Notes: generated by a model from the sequence alone, not told the origin. DNA of 48,785 bases, filler included, from Catajapyx aquilonaris (GCA_000934665.2; 3 parts of 3 records of this genome joined end to end with filler, not necessarily neighbours in it); one strand, 5' to 3'; positions 1 through 12,520 are shown, counted from the first letter of the whole stretch. Made by a program: numbers and translations.

Positions 1-280
1 CAATTGTCGGACTGAAATCGTTGTTTATTTCTCAACCATCACAGTTGACAATATTCGCAACAATAATCAGTGCCAATGGCAACAGCCACAACAAGATGTA
101 TGATGACGCAATGGGGGTCTCAAGGCGGATGTGACGTCATGAAACTGCCGAAATCTTGAAGGCGTCGTACGCAAAAACTATGCAAGTTAGCCTAAAACTA
201 CTTCCACATCCCTATATTAGTTTTGCGAGTCCTATCAGGCTACCTGGCGACTTTCCGCGAGTTTTTGAGCACCCTGGTAT

Positions 281-362
281 ATAATTTATTACTGAGACCA
301 AAAAATTGTTGTTGGAGTATACTGACACGAACAAATGTTTTTGTCTCAAGTAATAAATTATA
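281..362. repeat. Small palindromic MITE-like element
   Basis: Inverted repeat ataatttattactgagac...gtctcaagtaataaattat. Confidence 0.55.
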
Positions 363-1503
363 TTAGCACACATTACACGCTCATTACTTGCGCGTCACGG
401 TGATATAATATTCCAGCCATGGGATAGGCTATTTATGAACCAGGCCGATTTGAATAAAATGGCATTACTTTCGGAGAAACCATCAGCAAAAGTGTGTTGA
501 GCAGAACTGCAGGTAAGATCAATAATAGTCCTTCATTGTTAGTCACATTGTTGGCAGTGATGAAGTGTGCAGCGAAGTGCAGCATCATTTTCTTGTTAAA
601 TTGTCGTCCAGATGTCTTCTCAAAAAACAATCAGGATTTTTTTTTCGAACTTCGTCAATAATTTTCATATCAAGTTATATCTATATTTATACTACTAGTT
701 GTGATACTCGTTCTTTTCTCTGGGAAAAAATGCGTTCAGATTTATACAGAGATCTTTCCAAGCATTATTAAATGCAATTTCTCATTCTCTTGCATAATAA
801 ATTATGCAGGCAATGGAAGGGTGTAAAAAGCAATGAGTTCTGCTATAATAATATACGTATAATTATATACTCCTAGACTCCTAGAGGAACTACTACCTGT
901 CCTTTCCCATCAGCCAGGCTGAGGCATCTAGGGTAAATATTGTATTCAGACACGTCTAGCAACTGGGACAACAACCAATAATGACAACTGGGACAGGACT
1001 GGGACTACAATTAGTCCAAGAAATGTCAGGCGTACGCCATCTTTACTTGGGTCATATTGTTGCCTGCCTCCCATTTCACCCCGAGTGGTCTCTCTAGGTA
1101 CAATATGCACTGGTATACATTATAGCAGAACTCTTTGGTAAAAATAAGAGCAGCCCGTTCATCGCACGGCCTGTTTCCAGGATAATCACCAACAAAAACC
1201 CGTTTCCACGGACAAACAAACAAAAAACAAACTTTACCCAGAGAAAGTTTCCCAATTATTTATTTACCCCGGGTATGTCGGGGTCCTGGTAAAGGTAAAC
1301 GTATATTTTAGGAAGCTGGTTTGTTTGTATTTGTTGCACAGCGGACAAAAGGACAGACAGATGTACGTCTTGAAATATTTATTAGATTACACGTTATTCT
1401 TACACACTGTTTTCTCTATATTTATTGAAATGAGGCGTGTTTGTTATTTTATGTACAGAAGATTTTCATGCAATGAATTGAAGTTCAGACCATTCAGAAA
1501 AGA

Positions 1504-2650
1504 ATGACACAAGTACCACCCGATCTGCTGGAGTTGTGGTCAGAAGCGATGACCCGGCCAATACTTATTCCGTCCTTGGATGACCCCCCGCCTGACTGGG
1601 TGGACAAGGACCGGTACCGCAGAGGACGGTTGTTCATGCGCAAACATGCCATCTTCTTCGGACTGGCTATCCTGATGGGATCATCCAGCACGTTCGTCCA
1701 AAAGGGCGTGTTCAACGTATTTCTCATATCCCAAAAGTTCACCCGGAAGTGCCTGCAACGCATAATGGAAACTGCCATGACCAACATCCACTGGATGACC
1801 GACGACCTCTGGGATCCTCAAGGTGTCTCGTACAAGGAAATGGTCAAGAACCAGACGATTCACAAAAGGGTCAGGGTCATGGCCATCAAGCAGGGGGACA
1901 AGCTGGGTCAACTCGTGCCGGACGTGTCCGTCGAACCTGACGTGTACGAAGAGTGCGTCTTGTGGGACAAAATCCGGGATGACTTCAGGTTTGTATGCCT
2001 GCTGAGTATAACAACGCAAAGTGACCAAACACTTTCGCTTTTTGTCCAGGTCGTGCCCCAGTGTCCAGTTCTCGCCACCTTCCGACCAGGTGTGCATGAA
2101 CCAGTTTGACATGTTGTCCGTGGTGCTGGGCAGTATGATCGGAATGGTGATGTACCCTGAGAAGCTGGGTCTCCACGGGGTGTCCAGGCAGGACATGGAG
2201 GACTTCCTCCACTGCTGGCGAGTCCTCTTCTTCTACATCGGAGTGGAGGACAGGTTCAACCCTTGCTCCTTGGAACTGGACAAGTTCAAGCAACACGTGG
2301 TGCATTACATCCAGACCTTCGCCATACCGTCATTACAGGTCATGACAAAGGAGGACGAGTACGTGCCGCGTCTGCATCTCAAGTGTCTCGTCAGACTGGT
2401 ACCAGCCATGTCCCTAGTCCCAGCGAACGCCTTAGTCCTCTACGGTTTCTGGACCCTTGGTGTGGACATGCCCACCACCACTCGAAGCGTCGGGCGTTAC
2501 AATAAAATGGTCTTCTGGATGTTGAGGTTCTTCATGACCGTCGTCATGAGAGTCTCTTTTGTCCGGTTCATTGTGGTTCACATAGCAGAGTACGTTCTTG
2601 TCCGGTCGTACCGAAAGTATTGTAGCGGACAAAGCAAGTCGCTTAAGTAG
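1504..2650 (+). CDS. MpaB/Lcp (DUF2236, ER-bound oxygenase/rubber oxygenase-like) family protein, 2 exons, ~361 aa
   Basis: Exons 1504-1988 and 2050-2650 are joined by a 61-nt GT..AG intron (AG|gtttgt...tgtccag|G) that links the two overlapping ORFs in frame. Motifs PPDWVDKDRYRRGRLF, RIMET, IHKRVR, MNQFDM and DFLHCWRVLFFYIGVEDRFNPC resemble the animal MpaB-like family. The C-terminus is hydrophobic. Confidence 0.75.
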
Positions 2651-4105
2651 TGAAGTGGGGTTAGTTTGGACCCCATTTAATGTGTATAATCACCCACATA
2701 ACTAGTTGGTAAAACATCATACGCTACACGATATCTAGTAGCAACATATCACTTTATGGCTAATATTGTTAAAAGTTAAAGACACTCTGCTAATTATCCC
2801 CTCTCTGTTCACCTCATGTTTTCCCTTTCCCCTGTACAGATCTCTTTTCCTTCCCATTTTACACGTATTGTGATGAATAAAATAGGAAGTGAAATTACAA
2901 CATTGTTGGGATACATGGTCAGGCATCGAAACCTACTATCCAAATCCTTATCCCTAACCCCCATTACATCATACCCCTTATCCCAATCCAATCTCTCCCA
3001 AACCGCAACATAGGCACAAAAATTTTACTTTTCGGGAGTATGGAGATAATAAGGATTTGTCATATTGTTGGAAGGAGTGTTGTCAGGATTAGTTGCATTT
3101 GCTGTGGAAGTGATGATGAAGAGAAGGAAATGTCATTGTTGCGTCAAACTGCAAACTGATCAATTGTAAGACTACATAATGGCACAATTATTCTAGAATG
3201 CAAAATTATATTTTGTTATCACACCTGATGTGTTACGATTCTCACCTTCATGATGCGTCATAATACCTGCAATATAAACAAGCAATTCATGCGGTACGAA
3301 ATAGTCCTTTCCACTATTATTACGTAATCGAAAGTGTGTCCATCAATCAATATCCCGGGCCACAAATGTACGGGTGTATCTCACAACTGTCATCTGGAGT
3401 GAATAAAACACGGCGTTGTCTTTTGTGTTTGTAGTGAACATGCCATATGCCTGCTTCTCTAAACCGGTTGCTGGATTAAACAATTTATTCCTGAAACCCA
3501 TTTTGCGGATGATGAACAATATTTTGCGCGCATGTCATGGCCTGCTTTCGTGACTGTCGAGTTGACACATCGATCACGTTATTGTGGTCTGAAGGTCAGA
3601 CTCTTTGCGCCAATGAAGTGTCTAACAAGCCATTTCCTTTCATTTATTTTGCCAGGCTACAGATTTTGAAAATTAAGCTCTTTAAAAAATTAGTGTTACA
3701 TTAAAATAAATAAAGAAAATATGGCTGCCGAACATCAGGCGATTGTTTAGTTCATGTTCATAATGAGCCAGCAAGCCAGGATTTTTTTCTCTCACTATAT
3801 ATGAAAGGTCAAATTTTTGGGCTGCTTTGGGTTTTTTGACCTTCGTGTTTCACATGGATGGCCAGCTAAATAATCAATTTTTGCAGATAATGATTTCTGG
3901 CTTGAAGAGAGGCGATTCATATTTAATTATTTGCTCACATCTATCCGGATATGTGAATGACAACTTGTTGGGGTAGATGGTTCAGGCGGCTTCTATTTCA
4001 CAGACGTGAAGGTCACTTCTTCGCACGATCAAAATATTGACCTATAGATATCCAGATAACGCCAGTACGTGAACGGGAAGAGGTGTTTGCATAGGCACTG
4101 TAAAG

Positions 4106-6335
4106 ATGAGAGCATGCTTCGTTATGCCTTTTTTGTACATCATTGTTGCAACATCTGATGTGGAGCAAATGATGGCTGACTTTATACACTTTATTACTGA
4201 AGAGCATCTAAGTAATCGTTGCTCACTGGTGGTAGTGTACCCGACAGTGCCGGTACCCGTACCTTACACTAAGTTACTTCAGAAACGTCAGGACCAGTGG
4301 TCCCCGACCGTGTGTATCCGAAACATCAGCTTGTTCAGTGGTATGGCCCAACATTGCTACATGTTTGCAAATTTGGGAGAAGACAATCTGCATTGGGCTA
4401 CAAACTCAGATTATGTGGTGTCGTACCAGACGACGTTGCATCGGACCAATATCAGCAGGCGCATCGGCGTAGAGTGGGACGGTACACGGTTGCGGATACA
4501 TGCGCCGACATTTGATAACAGCTCAGTGGTCGTCGCACACTACGACGACACCGGATTGTACCCTCCACACGCTGACATATTCAGAGAGAATCGTGTTGAC
4601 ATGATGGGAAAGACAATGCGGGTCGCGTGTCGACAAGCACCGCCATTGATAACCCTCAGAAAAGTTGTGAACCGGATGGTACCGGTTGGTGGCCGCGTAC
4701 CACCGCTGCTTAGAGAGCTGGAGCGGGCCCTTAATTTTACATCGGAATTGTACGAAACACCGGACAAATCCTTCGGTGTATTGTCCAGTAACGGCACATG
4801 GAGTGGGATCATAGGACAAGTGGTGAACAGATACGCGGAAGCAGCCAGTGAGAACGCGATCACTGCTGACCGATTTCTTGCCGTGGATTTTTCAACCCCG
4901 TACTCTTACGGTGCCCTGACCTTCCTTGTGGTACCGGAGGTCATCCACTCACGCTCGTGGTCTGCAATTTTGGGTCCGCTTCACCTAACACTATGGATAG
5001 CCACAGCAGGTTGGTAATCGAAAAACAGTGCTACAAACTTGTATGGTATCCCGTCATTGTGTTAGTGCCATCTGTATGGCTTTGGGGTGACCGCACCCGG
5101 CTTACGGCCCTGCCAGGCACGGTCAATCGCATTTCTCGATGATTTAACGAGCTGGGCACTTATTGTGGGTTTTTTTTATCCGCAACATTAACTACCCATC
5201 TTGTGCTGATCAACCCTACGAACGTTATTGTGGCTTTGCCAGTTTGTGTTGGTGTCATATGTGTGGCGTTTGGGCGACCGCACCAGTTCTATCCGTCTTG
5301 CGCCCCTGCCAGGCACGGTCCGAATTTCCCGATGATTTTAGTTAATTTCGAGCGAAACGTGCTGGGCACTAATGGGTTGTGTATTTGCAACATTTACTTT
5401 CAGTCTTCTGGCGCAGCAGCTGCCAATGAACGTTATTGTGGCTTTGACAATTTGCCATTTTTTACCTGTAGGCCTTCATCTTATCCTTTGTTATTGTAGG
5501 TGCTCTGACTCTGGCTGCCGTCATGTTGAACCGATGCACCAGGACAGTCAACGACTCCGTGACCTCCGCGTTACGTCCGTTACTGGAGCAAGGGTCAGTG
5601 GTGACCTCCGGAAACAGTAGCTTATTCCTGGCAGCCTGGTTCCTCTTCTCCATATTGGTCGGTACCGCCTACAAGAGCAAGCTGATGGCCGTGCTGACCA
5701 AGCCCCCTCAACCTGCGTACCCAAAGACTTTCGAAGACCTGGCCGCATCGTCTCTTCAGATCGCAGTCGGACACAAGAGCTCTTTTGCCGAGACCCTTCT
5801 GACCTCCCCAAAATCCTTCACCTTCCTGGTCCTAAGCACCAAACTTGACCCGATGCCCACCACTTTCGGGTCATGCGCCAGAAAGGCTCTGACCGGCCTA
5901 TTTGCCTGCGTGGACTACGACTTCTTTCTGCAAGACACCGTTGACTTTGGGTTCAGGGACAGATGGGGCAAATCGCCTCTGGTGTTGGCGCCGACCGGTG
6001 CGTACCCGGTGTACGGTTCTGTCTTCTTCAGACGATGGTCAGTGTGGACCAGAGCGGCCGGACAAGTCGTGCGGCACCTGGTAGACGCAGGTGTGACGCA
6101 GCTATGGACACAACGGTACGTCGAAAACCGCAAGATGGAAGGAAGGCTGCGGGCTCAAAAAGAAGACAATGCGTCGGACCAAACAGGTCCTGACCCTTTC
6201 ACAGTTACGCAACTATCAAGCACATTCTTGTTCCTCTTCATAGGACTCACAGTGTCCGGATCAGCGTTTGTCCTTGAGTTCGCAGTTAAAGGCTGCTCCA
6301 AAATTCTCCCAAGAAAATATCCATCAATATGCTGA
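4106..6335 (+). CDS. Divergent ionotropic receptor IR-1 (variant iGluR chemoreceptor), 2 exons, ~579 aa
   Basis: Exons 4106-5009 and 5500-6335, phase-1 intron G|gttggt...ttgtag|GT. Signal peptide. S1 motif FG...NGTWSGIIGQVV...TADRFLAVDFSTPY. M1, pore LRPLLEQG, M3 WFLFSILVGTAYKSKLMAVLT, PKTFEDL, S2 and M4 FLFLFIGLTVSGSAFVLE. Confidence 0.9.
5057..5450 (+). repeat. Two tandem ~190-bp units of a dispersed repeat filling the IR-1 intron
   Basis: ttgtgtt(a/g)gtg, ccctgccaggcacggtc, gctgggcact and gaacgttattgtggctttg each occur twice. A reverse-complement copy lies at ~7122-7332, with fragments at ~11622-11647 and ~14740-14785. Confidence 0.8.
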
Positions 6336-6579
6336 CGGTGATAATTTTTACATCAGAAGAACAAACGTTGTGACTACGCCGCCGGACATTATCTGATGTG
6401 TAGGTGTCAAGTCGGCTCGACGATTCATTACTCAACTGCAAAGAGTGATTAATAACTGACCATTATTTTTCGCGCGTATTGTCCGGTCAAGTGCGGCATA
6501 TCCATTAATAAAATATGACCCCCAACAGGTGCTATTGACCTGCCTTTCTCAGGTAGTTTCCACTTGTTACTTGCACACA

Positions 6580-9158
6580 ATGGACCTGAGAGTTGTGTAC
6601 ATTCTCATGTACTTTCTGGCCAGTAATGAAGGCCACGGTGCATCGGACCTGATGACCAGCTTCTTGGAGTGGCTCCTGTATCACCACCTGCCACGAAACT
6701 GCTCGTTGGTGATGGTGCACGACCAAGTACCGCTTCCGGAGCCGTACACCGATCTGATTAAGAAGCTTCACCTGCAGTGGCGTCCCACTCTGACCATCCG
6801 GGACAGCGGCGCGTCCTCTCGAGACCTTAGGCACTGCTACCTGTTTGGATACGTCGGACAAGTGCGAGGCTGGAGGTAATACAGTACCTACACAGTAAAC
6901 CGCAAAGCATTAAAGAGCATCCAATGAAGCATCAATGTTTAATGCTCTTTAATGCTACATTGTAAACTTTTAGCAACGGATCTCGGACTTTTCGCCCCCA
7001 CCGTTTCGCCCCCGGCATCTTGGCCCCGTGACAATTTCGCCCCCGGACTTTTAGCCCCTGGCATATTGGCCCCCGTGACCATTTCGCCCCCGGTGTATTC
7101 GCCCCCGTGACATAGTCGTCGTGTGGGCAAAGCCACGTTCGTTGACCTGCGACGCCACAAGACAGACAGTAAATGTTACGGATACAGAAACCCACAATAC
7201 ACGCCCAGTTCCGCTTTCGCTTCGCAAAAACCTAAAATATCACGCACCGGCGACGTACCGTGCCTGGCAGGGCCACAGGAATGGACAGTACTGCTGTGGT
7301 AACAAAAAGCCATACAGCATCACTAACACAAAGCGCACCTCCATCCCTGTGACCCAAGCAGAAGACCGCAAAATTTAATTTTATAAATCAGGCACGAAAC
7401 AGCGAGCCAATCAGCGCCCGCCCCGCCGTTGCCAGGCTACCCACAAGGCCAGGTCACTTCTCTAGAAATGCCCAGTGGAATATGTCACGGGGGCCAATAT
7501 GCCGGGGGCTAAAAGTCCGGGGAGAAACGGCGGGGGCGAAAATTCCTGGTCCCTTTAGCAACAAAAAGCATTACCAGAGCATTTAAAATTAGGGGCTTCA
7601 TAATGGCGCTCCTTTAATGCTTTGCGGCGTTTTGCGGTTTCCAGTGTATGAAACTAATTTATACCATGTATCTCACAGTCCTGTCTGGAGATCCTCAGAC
7701 GCGGACTACGCCGTGATGCTTGCGACCGGAAGCGTAAAAAAAGCGTTGGACAGCACGGACATCAGCAAGAGGGCCGCATTGGTGTGGACTGGTTCGCATC
7801 TGGAGGTACACGCACCGTGTCTCGTCATATCCCAGACCAATCCTCCTATTGTGGCGCAGTACAGCCTCGATGGTCTTGCACCATCCGGTGCGGACATATT
7901 CCGGGAGTCGCGTCTAAACCTGTCCGGTATGGTCGTGCGTGTGTCGTGTCGGCAAGACGCGCCCATAATCACACTGAAGCAAGTGGACAACCGGACCGTA
8001 CCGGACGGAGGTCGCATACCGTACCTGCTCCGGGTGCTGGAGCATTCCATGAACATGACAGTGGAAGTGTACCAGACGCAGGGCAATGTGTTCGGCAACT
8101 ACCACAACGGAACATGGAACGGTATCATCGGAGACGTGGTGAACGGGCAGGCTGATATCGGAAGCGAGTATGCGTTGACCGAAGAGGTCTGGCACGTGCT
8201 AGATTTCGGAACACCGTTCAACTTCGCCGGTATGGCCTTCCTCCTGTACCCGCGACCTGCCTTCTCGCTGTACGCATTTTTGGGTCCGTTTCAACCCACA
8301 TTGTGGGTCGCTACCGGACTAGGTGTCGCACTGTCCGTAATCTTGTTCCGGACGTGGTTTGGACGCCGCCAACCGCTTCTGACCGCTCTGCGTCCACTAC
8401 TGGAACAAGGTAACGCAACCGGACACAAGTCGTTCCTCGGTGCTTGGTTCATGTTCAGTATCGTGATCGGAACCGCGTACAAAAGTAAGCTAATGGCCGT
8501 GCTGACCACACCATCCGAACCTGACTACCCAAATACGTTCGACGACCTTGCGTTCAGATCCACACTCTCAATCGCCATTGGGCATTACGGTGGTCTGACC
8601 GAGTCCCTCATGCTGTTTCCGGCCACTCCGGCGTTCGAGGTCCTCTTAAGCAGGATGTACAGAGGACCCACCACTTTCGAGACCTGTGCCAAAAAAGCGT
8701 TGACAGAACACTACGCTTGCATAGATCAAGAGTTCTTTCTAAGCGATATTGTGGACTACGAGTTTCGTGACCGCTGGGGTACGTCTCCGCTGGTTATGGC
8801 CGACAGCAGGGCACACCAGGCATGCGGTTCTATGATGTTTAGACGTGGTGCTGCGTTGGCCCGTGGAGCTAGACTTATCATGCCGCAGATGTTCAACATG
8901 GGTGTGATTCAACTGTGGATGGACATGCATATCGAAAATAGGAAAGCTGAAGGTAGAAAACGGGCTCAGACAAACGAGTCGCTTGAAACGTACGGAGACG
9001 CGTCTAGACCGCGTCCGCTCGAACTGCACAACTTGGGGAGCGTGTTCGTACTGCTTTTCGCAGGCCTGTCCGTATCGCTTATTGTCATTTGGTGCGAGTG
9101 TTATCTGAGACGTGTGAAGTGTAATACAAGTCATACGGTGTCATATTACATACCTTAA
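6580..9158 (+). CDS. Divergent ionotropic receptor IR-2, 2 exons, ~591 aa
   Basis: Exons 6580-6875 and 7679-9158, phase-2 intron AG|gtaata...ctcacag|T. Signal peptide MDLRVVYILMYFLAS. FGNYHNGTWNGIIGDVVNGQADIG, LDFGTPF, LRPLLEQG, AYKSKLMAVLT and M4. Clear paralog of IR-1. Confidence 0.88.
6889..7648. mobile_element. TA-flanked MITE in the IR-2 intron (outer layer of a nest)
   Basis: Imperfect TIRs tacacagtaaaccgcaaagcattaaagagc ... ctcctttaatgctttgcgg..tttgcggtttccagtgta. Confidence 0.7.
6978..7553. mobile_element. Mutator/foldback-like non-autonomous element with 9-bp TSD
   Basis: Direct repeat TTTAGCAAC at 6969-6977 and 7554-7562. Termini are GG...CC. The TIRs are built from tandem tttcgcccccg subrepeats. 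Confidence 0.8.
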
Positions 9159-9179
9159 TTTTAGTGACATTAGGTCGAT

Positions 9180-9441
9180 GGGTCCGACATCCGAAGATTG
9201 TTGTACGAGATTTAATGAATCACCTTATTCACTGATTCAAGTGCTGATTGGGAAGCAAGGTGATTCACTGATTCATTGTCATTCACTGATTCAGACAGTG
9301 AGTCACTGATTCAAGTACTGAGTCAGTGATAATGAAGGCGAATAACTCATTCATGTAATGGTTCAGCGATTCAGACGTTGATTCAGTGATTAATTTTCGT
9401 TTCGTACGAGATTCAGATCCAATCTCGGACCCCGCATTCGA
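9180..9441. mobile_element. MITE-like insertion with internal cactgattca minisatellite
   Basis: Termini gggtccga...tcggaccc, internal ~10-nt (c)actgattca repeats. It is absent from the paralogous copy at ~12770. Confidence 0.65.
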
Positions 9442-10172
9442 TCATGTTTGTAAAATTGTTGTTTGGCACCCACATGTAATTACGTACTCACTACATATCC
9501 ACCTAGTTGTGTAACACAACAGCATCGTATGTCACGATGGTTACAAGCCATGTCTGGTCACTTCACATCAGATGAAGACAAATTACACAATGTCTGACAG
9601 CCACATTGATCCGAATAACTTAACAAATGACCTCTAATTTAATAACGAATTTTGGGCCAATATCTAGTTGTCATGCCCAACCAACCCCTACCCCCACCCC
9701 GTATTGATTTGATATTTATATTGTCCTATCACTTCATGTACCCAACCCCCCAATATCTTCCTCCCACAAAAGTGTTGTAGTCAATCACATGCGACCAGTT
9801 TTCAGTATAACGGGCGCTGCCACTATTTGGAGAGTCCGATCTGAGCTCTTGACTTGTTAAGATCTCGGGTCGGTTCCTGGCAGTGGTCAGGGTGGAAACT
9901 GCACTGCTGTCTTATCACTTGAAGTTTTGACCTCCCTCTTACCTTATACCTCAGAGGACTAACCAGCTGGCCCATGCTAGCCTCCTCCACCTCCCACCTA
10001 CACCCAAGTGACGACAAGTGTTCTCACGTCCCCCACTGGCCATGGGCGAGAACCCGAACCAGGACAACTGAGTAACACCCCTCACGCAAATCAACACCCA
10101 CTCTGGCGGTACACAGTCACTTGGCGGGAAAATGTACCTTGTGATGTCCTCACGCACGTACAGTGTGCCATA

Positions 10173-12520
10173 ATGGTACGATGTCTAGTACTGTGGGCCG
10201 TCCTGTTTGGGGTGTCAGGCCAGTCTACCTTGGAAGAATCTGTAGCGCAATCCTTGGAGTATGTGCACACACATGTGATCGGAAACTGCTCACTGGTACT
10301 GGTGCATGATGATGGTGGCCAGATACCGAAGCCTTACCTTCAGGTAAGGATGTGTTCAATTTAGATGTGTACTATAACACGCAAAAAGATTCCCGCACTA
10401 TGTTCGTGCCATGTCGGAGACTTTATGTTTACCCTCTTGCCGCAAGGGCGTTTTCGGATGACGGTTTTTGGGGGGATTATATGCACAATAACCTCAAACA
10501 CTGTCACTCGGCGACGACCCTTGCGGCAAGAGGGTAAACAAAAAGTCGCGGACACCACACGAATACAGTGCGACAATCTTTCTGCGTGTTATAGTACCTT
10601 ATGTAAACTGTCTGAATTCAGGTGCTGAGAAGCCATCATCATCTGTGGGTGCCAGCAATGGGTGTCCACAACATCAGAAGTCTTGCTAGGAACCGCATGT
10701 CCTGCTGCTTGTTCGGTCACCTCGGATCCGACGTACCGGTATGGTCTTCACATCTGGACTACGTAGTGTCGGTTGTGGGAACGGACGAAATGCCTGATGT
10801 CATCCTGAACAGGATTCAGGTCCGGAGTAGAGTCGCGGTACTTTGGAACGGTACCGGTCTGGACGTGTATGCACCCGGTTTTCTGGTGACAGACAACAGG
10901 TCAACGCTCGTGGCTCACTTCACATCAGGCACGTTGTCACCCTCAAACGCTGACATATTTCGTCAGCATCGTCTCGACCTGATGGGAAAGACGGTGCGAA
11001 TGGCCTGCACACAAGAGCCGTCGTTTTTCATGGTCCAGAAGATCGGAAACCGCACAGTGGCCGTCGGTGGTCGCACCGGACTTATGATGCACGCACTGGA
11101 AACCGCGTTGAACTGCACACTTGATCTGATCGTGGTGGAGGATCACACCACGGGCACGTTTAGAAACGGGGTGTGGAACGGACTGATGGCCCAGGTAGTG
11201 TACGGAGAGACGGACGCGGGCGACGGAGCTGGTGTGTCCCTGCAACGATGGCTGGCAGTCGATTTCCTTCCTCCGACCACGTACCTCGGTGTGACCTTCC
11301 TGGTCGGCCCTGTCTCTTCGGCCAACTCCTGGGCTGCCGTATTTCATCCCCTGGAGCTATCCGTCTGGATCGCAACTGCGGTAGCGTTGCTGTTGACATC
11401 GGTCGTGCTGAAGGCGCAGTTCGGACGCGGTCAACTGGTCCTGACTGCCGTACGTCCACTGCTGGACCAAGGACACGTGGAAGGACGCAGCGTATTCTTA
11501 GGTACTGTAAAAATAATCTGGAAGGATGGGAAGATCTTTCCTACGCGACGAAGTAGCTGGGGTCGCCGGGTCGGGGTGGAGGCCCGGGGCAGTTCGGAGA
11601 AAGCGTCTGAATGTATGATGCAGTGGCAAAGCCACAATAACATTCGTTACCTTGAGTAGCCAAAAAACATACAGGAGCCTAATTCTTGCGGTATAATAAC
11701 CCACAGTCACTCTTTGAACTGTCCCGCACATCCACTCTGAACTCGTCGCGTAGAAAAGATCAGCCGTGAATACTCGTGTTGGAGCCTTACAAGTAACGAC
11801 TGTCCTTAATTTACAGGCGTATGGTTCCTGTTCAGCATCCTGATTGGAACAGCGTACAATAGTAAGCTGATGGCAATACTGACAAAACCGCCGGATGCAG
11901 TTTACCCAAAGACATTTGAGGAGCTGGCATCCTCGTCATTGCGTATCGCCCTAGGTCACAGGAATGGCTTGGTAGAGCACATTGTGATGTCGTCCGAGTC
12001 ACCGTCTTTCTGGGTGATTCGAACCAGGCTTCAGAGAGCTTCGGACATCTATGATTGTGCGCGACAGGCCAAGGAAAGCTCCGTGGCGTGCGTGGACGTA
12101 TCTCTCTTCCTGGAGGACATAGCCGAGGCCCACTTTAAACCCGGGTCAGTGGTGGTGCCCCGTACTGGAGCATACCCCATGTTCGGGTCAGTCTTCTTCC
12201 GTCGCGGTTCTCCTGCCGTTCCTGCAGCCAGTCGCCTGATGCGTCGAGTCTTTGACTCGGGCCTGAGGCAACTGTGGGATCGGTGGTACCTGGAGAAACG
12301 TCGAGCTGATAGAAGAGCCAGAGTCCAAGAAGGTGGAGAGGAAGACGGGTCATATCCGCTGACAATGGTCCATGTGTCCAGTGCCTGGAATTTGTTCCTT
12401 GTGGGCCTCGTTATGTCTGCAACAGCGTTTATAGTTGAACACGTATGGACATCGTGCATGTTGAGCAAATCAAATGGCCTGCGCACTCCACATTTTATTT
12501 CTATGTATAGCAAGAACTGA
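10173..12520 (+). CDS. Divergent ionotropic receptor IR-3, 3 exons, ~584 aa
   Basis: Exons 10173-10343, 10622-11501 and 11817-12520. All introns are GT-AG and the frame is continuous. Signal peptide MVRCLVLWAVLFGVSG; NGVWNGLMAQVV, QRWLAVDF, RPLLDQG, AYNSKLMAILT, PKTFEEL and M4. Confidence 0.9.
10372..10594. mobile_element. Palindromic MITE in IR-3 intron 1, TA target duplication
   Basis: TA|ctataacacgcaaaaagatt...aatctttctgcgtgttatag|TA, with an inner IR tgtttaccctcttgccgcaaggg / cccttgcggcaagagggtaaaca. The paralogous IR-4 intron is 55 nt against 278 nt here, so it is the empty site. Confidence 0.85.

Noticed and set aside
1981..2109. Apparent frameshift between overlapping ORFs 1504-2109 and 2021-2650
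   Set aside because: A canonical 61-nt GT-AG intron restores the frame.
9225..9395. cactgattca repeats and the 38559-38690 repeats as a possible CRISPR-like array
   Set aside because: Short degenerate minisatellites without unique regular spacers, in a eukaryotic context with no cas genes.
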